Assembly: GCF_902713615.1 (NCBI RefSeq)
Contig: NC_052152.1
Span: forward strand, 209,367,046 to 209,431,045
Source of the DNA: Scyliorhinus canicula
Lineage: Eukaryota
Reading direction: 5' to 3'
Length of the DNA: 64,000 nucleotides
Part shown: positions 1-13,194 of the stretch, one piece after another
Layout: every line of letters begins with the position of its first letter
Position numbering within the stretch: the stretch's first letter is position 1
The notes under the pieces: generated by a model
Told to the model about the DNA's origin: nothing
The model's database searches: none
Seen by the model: only the letters and a program-made list of their open reading frames with translations
Made by a program: the position numbers and the translations under genes

Positions 1-278
1 TGCTTCCCCTCCCCCTTAAGGATCCCGAAAACACGATCTGAGACATCGCAGACTCTGGCACCAGGGAGGCAACACACCAACCGCGAGTCTCTCTCGTTCC
101 CACAGAATCTCCTATCTATCCCCCTAACTATGGAGTCTCCAATGACTAATCCTCTACTCCTCTCCCCCCTTCCCTTCGGAGAAACAGGGACAGACTCTGT
201 GCCAGAGACCTGTACCCCATGGCTTACCCCTGGTAAGTCGTCCCCCCACCAGATTCCAAAGCGGTATACTTGTTACTA
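1..278 (-). mobile_element. CR1 LINE ORF1 fragment (SGNH esterase-like domain)
   Basis: Reverse strand reads LVIGDSIVRGIDRRFCGNERDSRLVCCLPGARV, with the GDS esterase motif typical of CR1 ORF1. Confidence 0.75.
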
Positions 279-279
279 C

Positions 280-612
280 GTATATGTGCTTGTTAGGTGA
301 ATTGGATGTTCTGAATTCTCCTAAGCGGCTGGTTTAGCACAGGGCTAAATCGCTGGCTTTTAAAGCAGACCGAGGCAGGCCAGCAGCACGGTTCAATTCC
401 CGTACCAGCCTCCCCGAACAGGCGCCGGAATGTGGCGACTTGGGGCTTTTCACAGTAACTTCATTTGAAGCTTACTTGTGACAAGCGATTTTCATTTCAT
501 TTTCTTCAGTGTACCTGAACAGGTGCAGTAGTGTGATGACTAGGGGATTTTCACAGTAACTTTATTTCAGTGTTAATGTAAGTCTACTTATGACACTAAT
601 AAAGATTATTGT
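280..612 (+). mobile_element. 3' part of a V-SINE (Rex1-like tail type) interrupted by a second SINE at about 326-503
   Basis: The outer sequence gttaggtgaattgg...ctgaattctc / gtgtacctgaacagg...taataaagattatt is split by a GGCTGGTTTAGCAC-headed SINE ending in (catttt)n. Confidence 0.75.
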
Positions 613-616
613 TATT

Positions 617-1935
617 AATCCAATTTGCCAGCACTTGGCCCATAGCCTTGAATGTTAAAACCTGCCAAGTATCATCCAGGTACTTTTTAAGGGATGTGAG
701 GCATTCCGCCTCTACCACCCTCCCAGGCAGAGCATTCCAGACTGTCACCACCCTCTGGGTAAAGAGTTTGTCCTCTAATCCCCACTAAACCTCCCACCCC
801 TCACTTATAACTTGTGTGCCCCTTGTAACCAACCCTTCAACTAAGGGGAACAGCTGCTCCCTATCCACCCTGTCCATGCCCCTCATAATCTTGTCCACCT
901 CAATCAGGTCACCCCTCAGTCTGCTATGCTCCAGCGAAAACAACCCAAATCTATCCAACCTCTCTTTATAACTTAAACGGATCATCCTGGTGAATCTCCT
1001 CTGCACCCCCTGCAGTGCAATCACATCCTTCCTATAATGTGGTGACCAGAACTGTACACAGAACTCCAGCTGTGGCCTCACCAATGTTCTATACAACTCC
1101 AACATGACCTCCCTGCTTTTATAATCTATGCTCCGATTGAGAAAAGCGAGTGCCCCATATGCCTTTCTCACCCCCCTATTAACCTACCTTTCTGCCTTCA
1201 GAGATCTATGGACAAACACGCCAAGGTCCCTTCATTCTTCGGAACTTCCCAGTGTCAGACCTTTCATAGTATACTTCCTTGTCAAATTAGTCCTTCCAAA
1301 GTTTATCACCTCACACTTTTCAGGGTTAAATTCCATCTGCCACTTATCTGCCCATTTGACCATCCCGTCTACATCATCCTGTAACTCAAGACACTCAGCC
1401 TCACAGTTAACGACCCGACCAATCTTTGTGTCATCTGCAAACTTACTCATCCTACCCCCCACATAGTCATCTAAGTCATTAATATAAATGACAAACAATA
1501 GGGCGCCCAGCACAGATCCCTGTGGTACACCATTGGTCATTGGCTTCCAGACTCTAAAGCAGGCGTCGACATCACCCTCTGTCTCCTACCGCTAATCCAA
1601 TTATGAATCCACCTTATCAAGTTACCCTGTATCCCAGTTAATTTGCTGTCTTCTCCCATGTGGGACTTTGTTGAAGGCTTTGCTGAAATCCTTGTAAACT
1701 ACATCACTACTCTCATGCACCACTACTCTCATCTACACACATCGAATTTGTCAGGCATGACCTCCCTCTGACAAAGCCTTGCTGACTATCCCTGATCAAA
1801 CCTTGCCTCTTCAAATGGAGATAGATTCTCTCCTTCAGAATAGTTTCCCAACCACTGACATGAGACTCACTGGTCTATAGTTCCCTGGCTTGTCTCTACA
1901 ACCTTCTGAAATAGTGGGACCACATTAGCCGTTCT
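617..1935 (-). mobile_element. CR1 LINE, decayed RT and 3' end
   Basis: ORFs GVPQGSVLGALLFVIYINDLD...KFADDTK and RPQLEFCVQFWSPHYRKD; frameshifted. Confidence 0.9.
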
Positions 1936-2082
1936 ATTTAGGTGTACAATTTCTGGCTTCACACCAGGAAGGGGGTGGGGGCAACGGGTGAGGAGGCCAA
2001 GAGCATCTTTATTATTAATGATGCATTTCTATTAGTGGCTAGTGAAGCTAACTAAATTGTGTCATTTAATAGACAGTTGAAA

Positions 2083-3075
2083 GGAGCTGGTGGGGAAGTG
2101 GAACCTCCCCCCTGGGAACGCTTTTAGGTATATGCAGGTCAGGGCATTTGTTAAGAGGCAGGTGGCGGAGTTTCTGCGGCTGCCGCCAAGGGGGGGTGCA
2201 AGATAGGGTGCTTTCAGGGACATGGGTCGGTGAAGGAAAGATCTCGGCTATTTACCAGCTGATGCAGGAGGAGGAGGAGGCCTCAGTAGATGAGCTCAAA
2301 GCGAAGTGGGAGGAAGAGCTAGGGGAAGAGATTGAAGATGGAACGTGGTCGGACGCCCTGGAGAGGGTGAATTCCTCCTCCTCTTGCGCACGGCTCAGCC
2401 TAATTCAGCTGAAGGTGCTGCATAGGGCGCACATGACAGGGGCCAGGATGAGCCGGTTCTTCGGAGGGGAAGACAGGTGCGGGAGGTGTTCGGGAGGCCC
2501 GGCGAACCACACCCATATGTTCTGGGCTTGTCCGGCCTTGGAGAGGTTTTGGAAGGGGGTGGCGGGGACATTGTCGCAAGTGGTCGGGTCTAGGGTCAAG
2601 CCGGGCTGGGGGCTCGCGATCTTTGGGGTAGCTTTGGAGCCGGGAGTGCAGGAGGCGAGAGAGGCCAGCATTCTGGCCTTTGCGTCTCTAGTAGCCCGGC
2701 GCAGGATTCTGTTACAGTGGAGGGACACACGGCCCCCGCGTTCGGAGGCCTGGATCAATTACATGGCCGGGTTCATCAAGTTGGAGGGGATGAAGTTTGC
2801 CCTGAGGGGGTCGGTACAGGGGTTCCTTCGGCGGTGGCAGCCCTTTCTCGATTTCCTGGCGAAGGGGTAGAGAGTGGTCGGTCTCAGCAGCAACTTGGTG
2901 GGTTTGCGATGTTATTTTCTTCTTGTATTGCTGTTGGTTTTTTGGTTATTATTTATTTGGGGGGGGGGGGGGGAGTTCTTTTCTTGTGTTGGTGTGGAAA
3001 CACGCCTTGTTTGTTTTAAATTGTGGGGAGAAAATTTGTTATTGAAAATCTTGAATAAAAATTATTTTTAAAAAA
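2083..3075 (+). mobile_element. L1/Tx1-like LINE, 5'-truncated 3' end
   Basis: ORF2 C-terminus with Cys/His knuckle (RCGRC...HTHMFWAC), AATAAA plus A-tail, 15-bp TSD AATAGACAGTTGAAA at 2068-2082 and 3076-3090. Confidence 0.92.
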
Positions 3076-3286
3076 AATAGACAGTTGAAAAAGATGCTTT
3101 GGGAAACAAATGCTAGAGGGTAAAAGGAATTAGAATGTGGAACTGTGTGGAGTCACTGTGAGCCTAATAGATGTTGCCTACGCTGAAATGTCTTGTTTTG
3201 TGAAAAGTTTCATTGAGCACTGTGGGTGAACAATTTAAAGCAACCTTTTCAGCGTCATTGACTTCAATTTTTGTGTATTTCAACAG

Positions 3287-3342
3287 ACATCTGGTGGGAA
3301 GCTACAGGAAGTTGAAGAATTCTATGTCAAATACAGAAATTA
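3287..3342 (+). CDS. CHD6: CHD6 coding exon 1 of 15 in window (start of chromodomain 1)
   Basis: tttcaacag acceptor and gtaagt donor. The 56 nt read TSGGKLQEVEEFYVKYRN + TA, with a phase-2 join to the next exon giving YSYLHCKW. Confidence 0.88.
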
Positions 3343-4000
3343 GTAAGTATCAAGGGCGAAGGCGAAAAAGAAGATGGTTTCCGTCTCTAATTTTGTTGCA
3401 CTTGACGAGCAGTAGGTTTGGCTTAGGCACTGTGACTGTCGTCCTCTCTGGATCCAGGAAATTGCAGCGACACTGGCCTTAATTTTTCAGAAGTCCCCTT
3501 CTAATTTTGGGCACTCCCCCTCCTCAGGTTCCGATGGCCGCTGGACCCTGGGACCTCGAAAACGTGCCATTCCCATGTCTTAGGCTGTCATCTTCATGCA
3601 CTTCCTCACCTGTCCTCTGCAGCTCCTGAGATGTGGGGGTGAGGGAGCTCCAGGCCAAACCGATTAGCTGGCAGCTTTCTAAAATTGCACTTCCTCCGAA
3701 GTGAGGGATGGAGGTCCTGCCTGTAGCCAGTTGATACTGATTTGAGCATGAAACGGCTGGGGGGGCAGTCAGAGCATTACTTCCGCCCCTTTGGGTGGCA
3801 GGAAGGGAAATCCAGAATATCCTTGCCTCTAATTTGGGACAGAATTAATAGTCACATGGATGTGGCAGTGGTGCTGTGATATTGTTACTGAGCTGCTAAT
3901 CCAGAGACCCAGAGCATGATCTGGGATTGAATCCCACCATGACAGATGGTGACATTTTAATTCAATAAAAATCTGGAATTAAAAATCTAATAAATCCATG

Positions 4001-4316
4001 GAATAGAATTACTACAGGTCAGAAGGAGGCCAGTCAGCCGATCAAGTCTGCACCGACCCTCCGAAAGAACACCCTACCTAGGTCCGCTGTCCTATCCCTG
4101 TAACCCCACCTAACCATCACCTTTTTCGACACGAAGGGCAATTTAGCATGGCCAATCCACCTAACCTGCACATCATTGGATTGTGGGAGGAAACCGGAGC
4201 ACCCGGAGGAAACCCACGCAGACACGGGAAGAACGTGCAAACTCCACACAGTCGCCCAAGGCTGGAATCAAACCCGGGTCGCTGGTGCTAACCACTGTGC
4301 CAACCACTGTGCCACC
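4001..4316 (-). mobile_element. HE1-type V-SINE with CR1-like tail
   Basis: tRNA-like head, V-domain gtgtctgcgtgggtttcctccgggtgctccggtttcctccc, tail ...ggcctccttctg. Confidence 0.85.
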
Positions 4317-4525
4317 TTTCATCTCAGTCCTAACTAATTGGCTCCTTATCCTGAGATTGAGTTCCCTTTGTTACAGATTTCCCAAATTAAGGAAATCTCT
4401 GTGACTATCCTGGCTAGCCCCTTCAGAATCCTGAGGTCACCTGTCATTCTTCAAAATTCCAGAAAATGTAGGCCCAATTTACTCAGCCTGTCATCGTGGA
4501 ACAACCCTTTCAACCCTTTCATCTA

Positions 4526-4885
4526 GGGCAGCACGGTAGCATTGTGGATAGCACAATCGCTTCACGGCTCCAGGGTCCCAGGTTCGATTCCGGCTTGGGT
4601 CACTGTCTGTGCGGAGTCTGCACATCCTCCCCGTGTGTGCGTGGGTTTCCTCCGGGTGCTCCGGTTTCCTCCCACAGTCCAAAGATGTGCGGGTTAGGTG
4701 GATTGGCCATGATAAATTGCCCGTAGTATCCAAAATTGCCCTGAGTGTTGGGTGGGGTTACTGGGTTATGGGGATAGGGTGGAGGTGTTAACCTTGGGTA
4801 GGATGCTCTTTCCAGGAGCCGGTGCAGACTCGATGGGCTGAATGGCCTCCTTCTGCACTGTAAATTCTATGTAAATCTATGTAAA
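4526..4885 (+). mobile_element. HE1-type V-SINE with CR1-like tail
   Basis: gggcagcacggtagc head, B-box ggttcgattcc, V-domain, tail atgggctgaatggcctccttctgcactgtaaattctatg. Confidence 0.9.
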
Positions 4886-5120
4886 ATCCCAGTGAACCAT
4901 TGCAGTGTCACCTCCAATGCATGTACATCCAAACTGTCCTCATGGCTTACTATCCCTTGTTTTGCATCATCAGCATAGAGTCATAGCAAGCTTAGATACA
5001 TTACTCAGCAGGTCTGCCAGCATCTATCTGGGGAGAAACACAGTTCATGTTTTGGGTCATGGACCATACATCGGAACTGAAAGGAGGGAGAGGGTGTTTT
5101 GCATTGAGCCAACACATGTT

Positions 5121-5448
5121 GGGGGGGCCTCACGGTAGCATGGTGGTTAGCATCAATGCTTCACAGCTCCAGGGTCCCAGGTTCGATTCCCGGCTGGGTC
5201 ACTGTCTGTGTGGAGTCTGCACGTCCTCCCCGTGTGTGCGTGGGTTTCCTCCGGGTGCTCCGGTTTCCTCCCACAGTCCAAAGATGTGCGGGTTAGGTGG
5301 ATTGGCCACGCTAAATTGCCCGTAGTGTAAGGTTAATGGGGGGATTGTTGGGTTACGGGTATGTGGGTTTAAGTAGGGTGATCATTGCTCGGCACAACAT
5401 CGAGGGCCGAAGGGCCTGTTCTGTGCTGTACTGTTCTATGTTCTATGT
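5121..5448 (+). mobile_element. HE1-type V-SINE with CR1-like tail
   Basis: A/B boxes, V-domain, tail gggccgaagggcctgttctgtgctgtactgttctatgttctatg. Confidence 0.9.
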
Positions 5449-5999
5449 ATGTGGTATTAAAAACAGAGAAGGGAGGAGTTTTAAGATGGTGGGAAAAGGT
5501 CAAAATGTAGAGTCCCGAGGGCTGTAACGTGCCCGATCAAAAGATGACAAGCACATCTCATCTCCCGACTGGGCACGTCACAGCCCTCGGCAGCTTTAGG
5601 TTTTGATCTTTCTATTCCTGTTTCAGACTCCAGCATCTGCAGTATTTTGCTTATTTTAGATATGCTGCTGTCTTGTCTCTTCATCTAAGTCATTAATATA
5701 GATTGTAAATAACTGAAGGCCCAGCATTGATCCTCATGGCACTTCAGCAGTTGCAGCTTGCCAACTTGAAAATGCCTAGTTTATCACTACTCTTTGCTTC
5801 CTCTCCGTTAATCAATCACCTATCCATGCTAATATATTGTCCCCAACTCTGAGCTCTTGTATTAACCTTTGTCTGGTACTTATCGAATGCCTTTTGGAAT
5901 TTCAAATATACTGCAGCTATTAGTTCCCCTTTATCTAACTTACTCATTACATCCTCAAAAAAACGATAATAGATTTGACAAAAGCAGTTTTCCTTTGTT

Positions 6000-6212
6000 T
6001 TTTCAATTTAAAAGTATCCAGTTAATTTTTTTCCATTTAAGGGACAATTTAGCATGGCCAATCCACCTACCCTGCACATCTTTGGGTTGTGGGGGCGAGA
6101 CCCACCCAGACATGGGGAGAATGTGCAAACTCCACACGGACAGTGACCCGGGGTTGGGATCGAACCCGGCTCCTCGACACCGTGGGGCAGCAGTGCTAAC
6201 ACTGTGCCGCCT
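6000..6212 (-). mobile_element. Short V-SINE variant (A-rich tail)
   Basis: Same head; V-domain shortened to ...gggtctcgcccccacaacccaaag; A-rich end. Confidence 0.8.
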
Positions 6213-6929
6213 CAGCAGTTGCTCTCTATAAAATCATCTTTGACTTTGTCTGATCATACTTTTCCAAGTGCTTTCTTAAAACTTCCCGAAGAATAAATTC
6301 CAGCGGTGGCATGGCATCTACTAATTTGTCTGTCTCTCTACTTCCTGGGATTGCTTTGTCCACTTTGTTTTCTTCTACATATTGTCCAGATGCAGAGAAT
6401 GGCCCCAAAGTGACCCAGTTTAATCCAAAAAGCACTCCTTGTTCATCACTTTCTTGTAGTTTTCTGTCCTTAACTAACTCTATCTTATCAGCCCATCACA
6501 TTCTCTAACACCATGAGCACGTATTTCACATCCAAGTTTCTTTGCAGCACCTTTTGAATAAATGTTTTCCTTGGCTTCTATTACTAAGTTTACTGGCCTG
6601 CAGTTACCTGCTTATTCCTTGGTCCTTTGACCCTTTTCACAAGGACTTCACAAATTATTTATTTTGCTTTCTAATATCATTAAGGCACAGTGATTTGCAT
6701 ATGTTTTTCTCTGCGTAGAACCAAGAATTAACAAGGGACTCAAATGCATATTTTTGATTCAGCAACGCCTGCAGAAGCGACTGACGAATTTAGGAATTTT
6801 TACATTCTGCAATTTTGTGGTTGATGCTCTCGGGCTGTAAGCGCTGAGCCAAGAGACTTCCCAGGGTAAACAGTTAGATTTGTGGACTTTGTCGGGAGTT
6901 GGCATGTTGTACCACTGGAAGGTGCTTAT

Positions 6930-7235
6930 TTTGTAGAAGGAGGCTATTTGACCCATCGAGTTTGCACCGTCCCTCTGAAAGAGCACCCTAGCTTATTTCA
7001 TGCCCCCATCCCAGTAACCCCCACCTAACCTTTTGGAAACTAAGGGACAATTTAGCATGGCCGATCCACCTAACCTGCACATTTTTGAACTGTGGGAGGA
7101 AACTGGAGCACCCGGAGGAAAGCCACGGATGCACAGGGAGAACGTACAAACTCCACATAGACAGTCACCCAAGGCTGGAATTGAACCTGGGTCCCTGGCG
7201 CTTTGAGACAGCAGTGCTAACCCTATGCCGTCCCT
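6930..7235 (-). mobile_element. HE1-type V-SINE
   Basis: Head, V-domain and CR1-like tail on the reverse strand. Confidence 0.85.
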
Positions 7236-7901
7236 GTAGAGTAGAACCAGTTTCCACATTGTAACATGCTACTAGGACTCTCTCAGTTTGAATGCTTTAG
7301 GCAAAACCTTACTATGGTGAAGTTATTTTGATTAATCTCTGCTGCAGAGTCTGATTTTATTCGTTAAAATTGTAGTTCAGTTAAGAAAAAGCTCACAAGG
7401 GGAAAATAAAGCAGAAATGACAGCTGACCTTGCCATAGTTCCTCATGAATTTTAGCCAGTTTTAGTGTAGTCTTTTGCATGGATTAAATGTGCTTCCTAT
7501 TTTTGATCTCTTGTCCTCGCTGTCCTGGGTGGACTGGGGCAGGGGGAAAGTTGTAGGCTCAAGCCACTACAGAGTGCACAATCCAGACTGTACTGAGGAA
7601 GTGTTACACTGTCAGAGATGTTGTCTTTTGGATGAGGCAGTTGCATCTCCATTTGCATCCTCAGGTTGGTGTAAGAGCAGGAGAGTTTTCCCTGGTGTTG
7701 TCGCCAATATTTATCCCTCAGCCAGCATAAAAAGAATTATCTGGCCAGTTTTGTAGTTAGTGCGACGTTGGAAGCTGTAGTTGTTACATTACAATCATGA
7801 CTCCACTTCATTCGCTTTAGAAAGCTTTCCTCAAGATTTGACTACAAAAAATTTGATTCCTTTTTCCTTCAGCTCGGTACAATCTTCCTTTTATGTTTCA
7901 G

Positions 7902-8019
7902 CTCCTACCTGCACTGCAAATGGGCAACGGTGGAGGAGCTGGAGAAAGACAAAAGGATTCATCAGAAAATCAAGCGTTTCAGGACCAAAAGGGCCCAGAT
8001 GAAGAATCTTTTTGTTGAG
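7902..8019 (+). CDS. CHD6: CHD6 exon 2/15 (chromodomain 1)
   Basis: tttcag / gtaagg; reads (Y)[39 protein letters not shown]. Confidence 0.95.
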
Positions 8020-8344
8020 GTAAGGAGGATGCTGAAGACCAGTTAGTTGTTTATCAGGCTGTACGTCTAGAATACATTGAAATTATAGAAATATTCCAAT
8101 TCCTCGAAGCTTAAATTTTCCTTTCTTATCGAGTGGATCCTTCATGGTCTTCTGTGTCAATAAAATGCAAGCTGTCTTTTCAGATGAAAGACCACCACCC
8201 ACCAGCCTCATTTTAGAGATAGTTTGGCTATAAGGTATTCACGCTGAACACAAGTTCTTTGGCAGCAGCTTCCCAGACTGTAAGGCTGCTAGGACTGAAA
8301 TCAAGTTGCTGAAGAGTATGAGTATGAAGACTTGGATTTAGAAT

Positions 8345-9470
8345 CTTATAGATGGTGCACATGGTTGTCACTGTTCATTGGTGGTGGAGGGTTTGAATGT
8401 TTCTGGAAGGGGGAGCAATCAAGCGTGCTGCTTTGTCCTGAATGGTGTCGAACTTCTCAAGTTTTTTTGGAGCTGCACTCATCCAGGCAAGTGGTGAAGA
8501 GTATTCCATTACACTCCTGACTTGTGCCTTGTAGATGGTGGACAGGCTTTTGGGGGGGGTGGGGTCAGGAGGTGAGTTATTCGCCATAGTCATTAGCCTT
8601 TGACCTGCTCTGGCTAATTCAGTTCAGTTTCTGATCAATGGTAACCCCCAAGTAGTTGATTGTGGGGGATTCAGTGATGGTAATGCCATTGAATGTCAAG
8701 GGGCGGTGGTTAGATCTTCTCTTGTAGGAGGTTGTCATTGCCTGGCACTTGTGTGGCGCGAATGTAACTTGCCATTTGTCAGCCCAAACCTTTTTTTTAA
8801 AATTTAGTGTACCCAATTCATTTTTTCCAATTAAGGGGCAATTTAGCGTGGCCAATCGACCTAGCCTGCACATCTTTTGGTTGCGGGGGCAAAACCCACG
8901 CAAACACGTGGAGAATGTGCAAACTCCACACGGACAGTGACCCAGAGCCGGGATCGAACATGGGACCTCGGCGCCGTGAGGCAGCAGGGCTAACCCACTG
9001 TGCCACCGTGCTGCCTCAGTCAGCCCTAGTCTGGATATTGTCCAGGTCTTGCTGCATTTGTGCATGGACTGCTTCATTATCTGAGGAGTCGCGAATGTGT
9101 TGAACATTTTACAGTTATCTGCAAACATCCCCACTTCTAACCTTATGATGGAAGGGAGGTCATTGATGAAGCAGCTGAAGATGGTTGGGCCTAGGACACC
9201 CTCCTGAGGAACTCCTGCAGTGATGTCCTGGAGCTGAGATGACTGACCCCCAACCACCACAACCATCTTTCTTTGTGCCAGGAATGACTCCAACCAGTGG
9301 ATAATTTTCCCCCTGATTCCCATTGACTCCAGTTTAGTTTGGGCTCCCTGATGCCATACTTGGTCAAATGCTGCAATGATGTCAAGGCCAGTCACTCTCA
9401 CCTCACCTCTGGCATTCAGCTCCATTCCATGTTTGAACCACGGCTGTAGTGAGGTCAGGAGCTGAATTGG
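8345..9470 (-). mobile_element. Older CR1/L2-group LINE RT fragment with a nested short V-SINE (about 8790-9015)
   Basis: AGVPQEGVLGPTIFSCFINDLP...MFADN and MEYSSPLAWMSAAP; the SINE is flanked by a duplicated gtcagccc. Confidence 0.85.
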
Positions 9471-10290
9471 AAGAACTCTGCTCATCCAGTACTGGATGTT
9501 GGACAAGCAGTCTGATAATATAGCAACAGTGGCGGAATTGAAATAGGTGGTGTTGAGGTAGTGTTGGTCGTGTTTTAATAGTAGCTTATAAAGATTCTAA
9601 AGGGTGAAAGGTTGTTCATTTTTAGAGTACATCTGAATGGTCGCATCATTCACACTAGTCATTTGTTGAAAGTATACATAATCAAATCTTTTTAAAATTT
9701 AACATTAAATCTGTGAGTTTTTGGCTTTTAATCGTGTAGTAAAGTGCTCAAGCCAATGAAGAAAATACCCAATGATGAAAATAACAACACAATGGGAGTG
9801 ATAAAAAGAAGTTGGTGCAATTCCCGATTGATTTTACTATGGAAAGATGTAGGCTAATAGCAGGAAGCCTGTAGTTTCTGGGGTTGATAGGCAATTTTTT
9901 ACTGTAATCAGCACATGAAAACATCTCCTGAATCATAGTGGAAGACAAACCTTGGAATTACTCGGCCAGCCGGGAATTTGTCAGGTCATTGGAGATGGAT
10001 AGTCTGAATGGCTTCCTCATCCAGAATTATTCTGTGATCCAAGTGCTGATTTAGGAGCTGAACAGTGGAATGAGGTGAATTGGTTTCTCCTTCCTACGTT
10101 CTTGTGTTTTTGGATTTTTCAGTTCTGAGCATCAATATAAGAGAGACTCAAGAGGACAGTGAAAGAATGTGAGAGTGACAGTGAAGTGTGAGTGCTGTTT
10201 TAGCAGTGAAGAGTTTTAATACCGAATGTAGTCTTCCATTTCAGTTCATTAACATTTTTAAATGGCTCTGAAAATATCCCAGCTCTCCAC

Positions 10291-10477
10291 TCGCCTGCCC
10301 CTCACCCTGCCTGGTGTCCCTGCCCCAATGGAATGTTGGGCTAACCACGTGGTCGCCTGCCCCCCACCCTGCCTGGTGTCCCTGCCCCAATGGAATGCTG
10401 GGCTAACCACGTGGTCGCCTGCCCCCCACCCTGCCTGGTGTCCCTGCCCCAATGGGATGTTGGGCTAACTACGTGGT
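10291..10477. repeat. Three tandem copies of a 62-bp unit
   Basis: gcctgccccccaccctgcctggtgtccctgccccaatggaatgttgggctaaccacgtggtc starting at 10293, 10355 and 10417. Confidence 0.9.
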
Positions 10478-11540
10478 GCAAAGCAAACTGGTGGGGATCA
10501 TCCTGAAAATTAATCATTTCACACCGGCAGCTTATTAACTATTCATAAACCTCCAATAAGTTTTCATAGCGTTTGTTTAATTACATGCACGCAAGATTCA
10601 TAAATTGGTAATTACTTTGTTGCTAAAGTTCATTTTGTATAAGTCCTATCCAATCACACTCATCCGTAAGGAGGCCTCTTCACTGCGCACTGCCATCCTC
10701 GCAAGTTAGGGTTTCCCTGTAGGACTCTCTGCACATTAGGGACTGTCATTAATAGACACTCCCTTCCCCCACTTCAAGTAGGGACAGTCATTTTGGCACT
10801 CAGCCCCTTCCCGGTAGGGCAGTGGTGGAGCCCCCCGGGGCTGTTGCTGTGGGATTTTCTCCCCGTTCCCCAGTAAGAGGAGACAGTGCCTTCAGGAGTG
10901 GAGAAGGTACAACCGGAATGAAATAAAGATGGGAAATGAGCAGTGGGAGCTGCTCTTCTGTAATTACTTTAAAAATCTTCGCTTCATATTTGTTCAAAAT
11001 TACTACTTGTCTTCATAACTCATTCAGCTTTTCAAAGGCAGCAATTAAAACAAAGTTAAATTATTTTAATTAATTTGTATCTTTGCTCCTGTTGAGTTTA
11101 ATTTGTTTGTCTAATTCTTCTCCTGTCTGTAAGGTGAATTGTAAGTGAGGACAAATTAGATAGTGCTGAATTCTGAAGTGTCAAATCTTTATTCTATAAA
11201 TTAAGTTAATAGACAACTAAATCTACACAAACTGAATTTTAAACAATTTGTTTATTATTTTCTTTGCTTATCCTAATATTCAACCTCTGAATGCATCGAG
11301 TAGAACAGAGCAATATTTCTGCTCAATTATCATGCAATTCAAAAGGTCCAAATAAATATAACTGTCTCGGTTGAAGTTGGACTCAAGTTGTGCAAGCTGA
11401 GAAGTCACTGACTGACCCATTGCAGCTTTCAGTTCCCCTGGAATAGGGTGAATGTGGCACTTGTCCATTAATAGTGACTACTGGGCTATTTTCATATTCT
11501 AACAGCAATTGCATTATGCACCTGTCATCTTTCCTTCTAG

Positions 11541-11627
11541 TCGGATGAGGAACCCTTTAATCCAGATTATATTGAAGTGGACAGGATCCTGGATGTAGCA
11601 CATACGATAGATGCTGAAACCTCAGAG
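11541..11627 (+). CDS. CHD6: CHD6 exon 3/15 (linker and start of chromodomain 2)
   Basis: ttctag / gtgggt; 87 nt, SDEEPFNPDYIEVDRILDVAHTIDAETSE. Confidence 0.95.
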
Positions 11628-12377
11628 GTGGGTAACTGTATAATGCTGGCTTCCTTTCCTTGCCTGTGGATGATATAATTGATGTGTTTAAGATGCTAGA
11701 GTGGCATTCAGAATAGTAGGTAGAGAGGAACTGTTTGCTCTGATGGAGGAGACTGGAACAACTGTGCACAGTCTTAAAATTAGACATCGGCTGTTTGGAG
11801 GTGAAATCAGGGAGCATTTTTCCACACAAAGTGCAATGTAAATCTGGAGCTCTTCCTGGAAAGGCTGTGGATGCTGGGGCACAATTGAAACTTTCAAGGC
11901 AAAGATAAAGAGATTTCTATTTGGTAAGAGCATTGAGGGTCATGGAGGAAAGTTGGGTAAATGGAGCTGAAGATACGGACCAGCTATTGACAGTTGAATT
12001 TCAGGATAGTGTGTTGGGTAAAATGTCTTCCTCATGTTCCAATACAACAGTGAACTGAGCAATTTCTAAAAGTGCAGTGCTTTCCTTAATAGAAGGATAG
12101 AAGGATATACTGAGAGTGTTAGGCCAGTAGAGTAGAGGCACAATGGGCTGAGGTCCATCCATCAATGAGCTGCTTGTTTGTGGGATGTCGATAATTGGGA
12201 TTCAGTGCTGTTTTTTAACTGGCCTAATGTTCTTTTGGCTGGCCTTTCATCTTCCACCCTCCATAAACTTCAGCTCATCCGATAGTCTATTATCTGTATC
12301 CTAATTCACACCAAATCCTGTTCAGGCATCTCCCTTAAGCCTGTTGACCTGCACTAACTCCTGATCGGGTAACACAT

Positions 12378-12935
12378 ATAGAACATAGAACAGTACAGCA
12401 CAGAACAGGCCCTTCAGCCCTCAATGTTGTGCCGAGCCATGATCACCCTACTCAAACCCACATATCCACCCTATACCCATAACCCAACAACCCCCCCCCC
12501 CCCCCAACCTTACTTTTATTAGGACACTACGGGCAATTTAGCATGGCCAATCCACCTAACCCGCACATCTTTGGACTGTGGGAGGAAACCGGAGCACACA
12601 GGGGGAGGACGTGCAGACTCCACACAGACAGTGACTCAGCCGGGAATCGAACCTGGGACCCTGGAGCTGTGAAGCATTTATGCTAACCACCATGCTACCC
12701 TGCTGCCCCAGATAAAACATCTGTTTTAAAATTCTCAGCTTTGCCTCATGGCGCCGAGGACCCGGGTTCCATCCCGGCCCGGGTCACATGTGTAGAGTTT
12801 GGACATTCTCCCCGTGTCTGCGTGGGTCTCACCCCCACAACCAAAAAGATGTGCAGGGTAGGTGGATTGGCTAAATTGCCCCTAATTGGGGAAAGAAAAT
12901 TGGGTACTCTAAATTTATTTCAAAATAAATAAATA
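12378..12935. mobile_element. Divergent SINE pair: HE1 (-) 12378-12710 and short V-SINE (+) 12740-12935
   Basis: V-SINE motifs on opposite strands; duplicated aaaattctcag around the short copy. Confidence 0.85.
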
Positions 12936-13194
12936 AAATTCTCAGTCTTGTTTTCAAATACCTCTGGCCTTGCCCTTGCCCTCCCCATCATTGCCATTTC
13001 CTTCAAGGTCTCAGCAGTAGTTTAAACCAATACTGGGGAAATATAAGTAATGCATTAAATTTATAGCGTACCTAGTTAAATTACTTGATATTACAACATC
13101 AAGGTTGACTGATACTTCTAAACATTGAAACCTAATTAGTTGAATAAAACATAATAAAGAAGATGGGATAGTTGATGTGTTGAAGCTGTTGTAT

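Noticed and set aside
5820-5840. CCATGCTAAT, complementary to U6 (SNORD8/9-type guide)
   Set aside because: It lies inside a decayed CR1 RT segment and lacks flanking C/D boxes.
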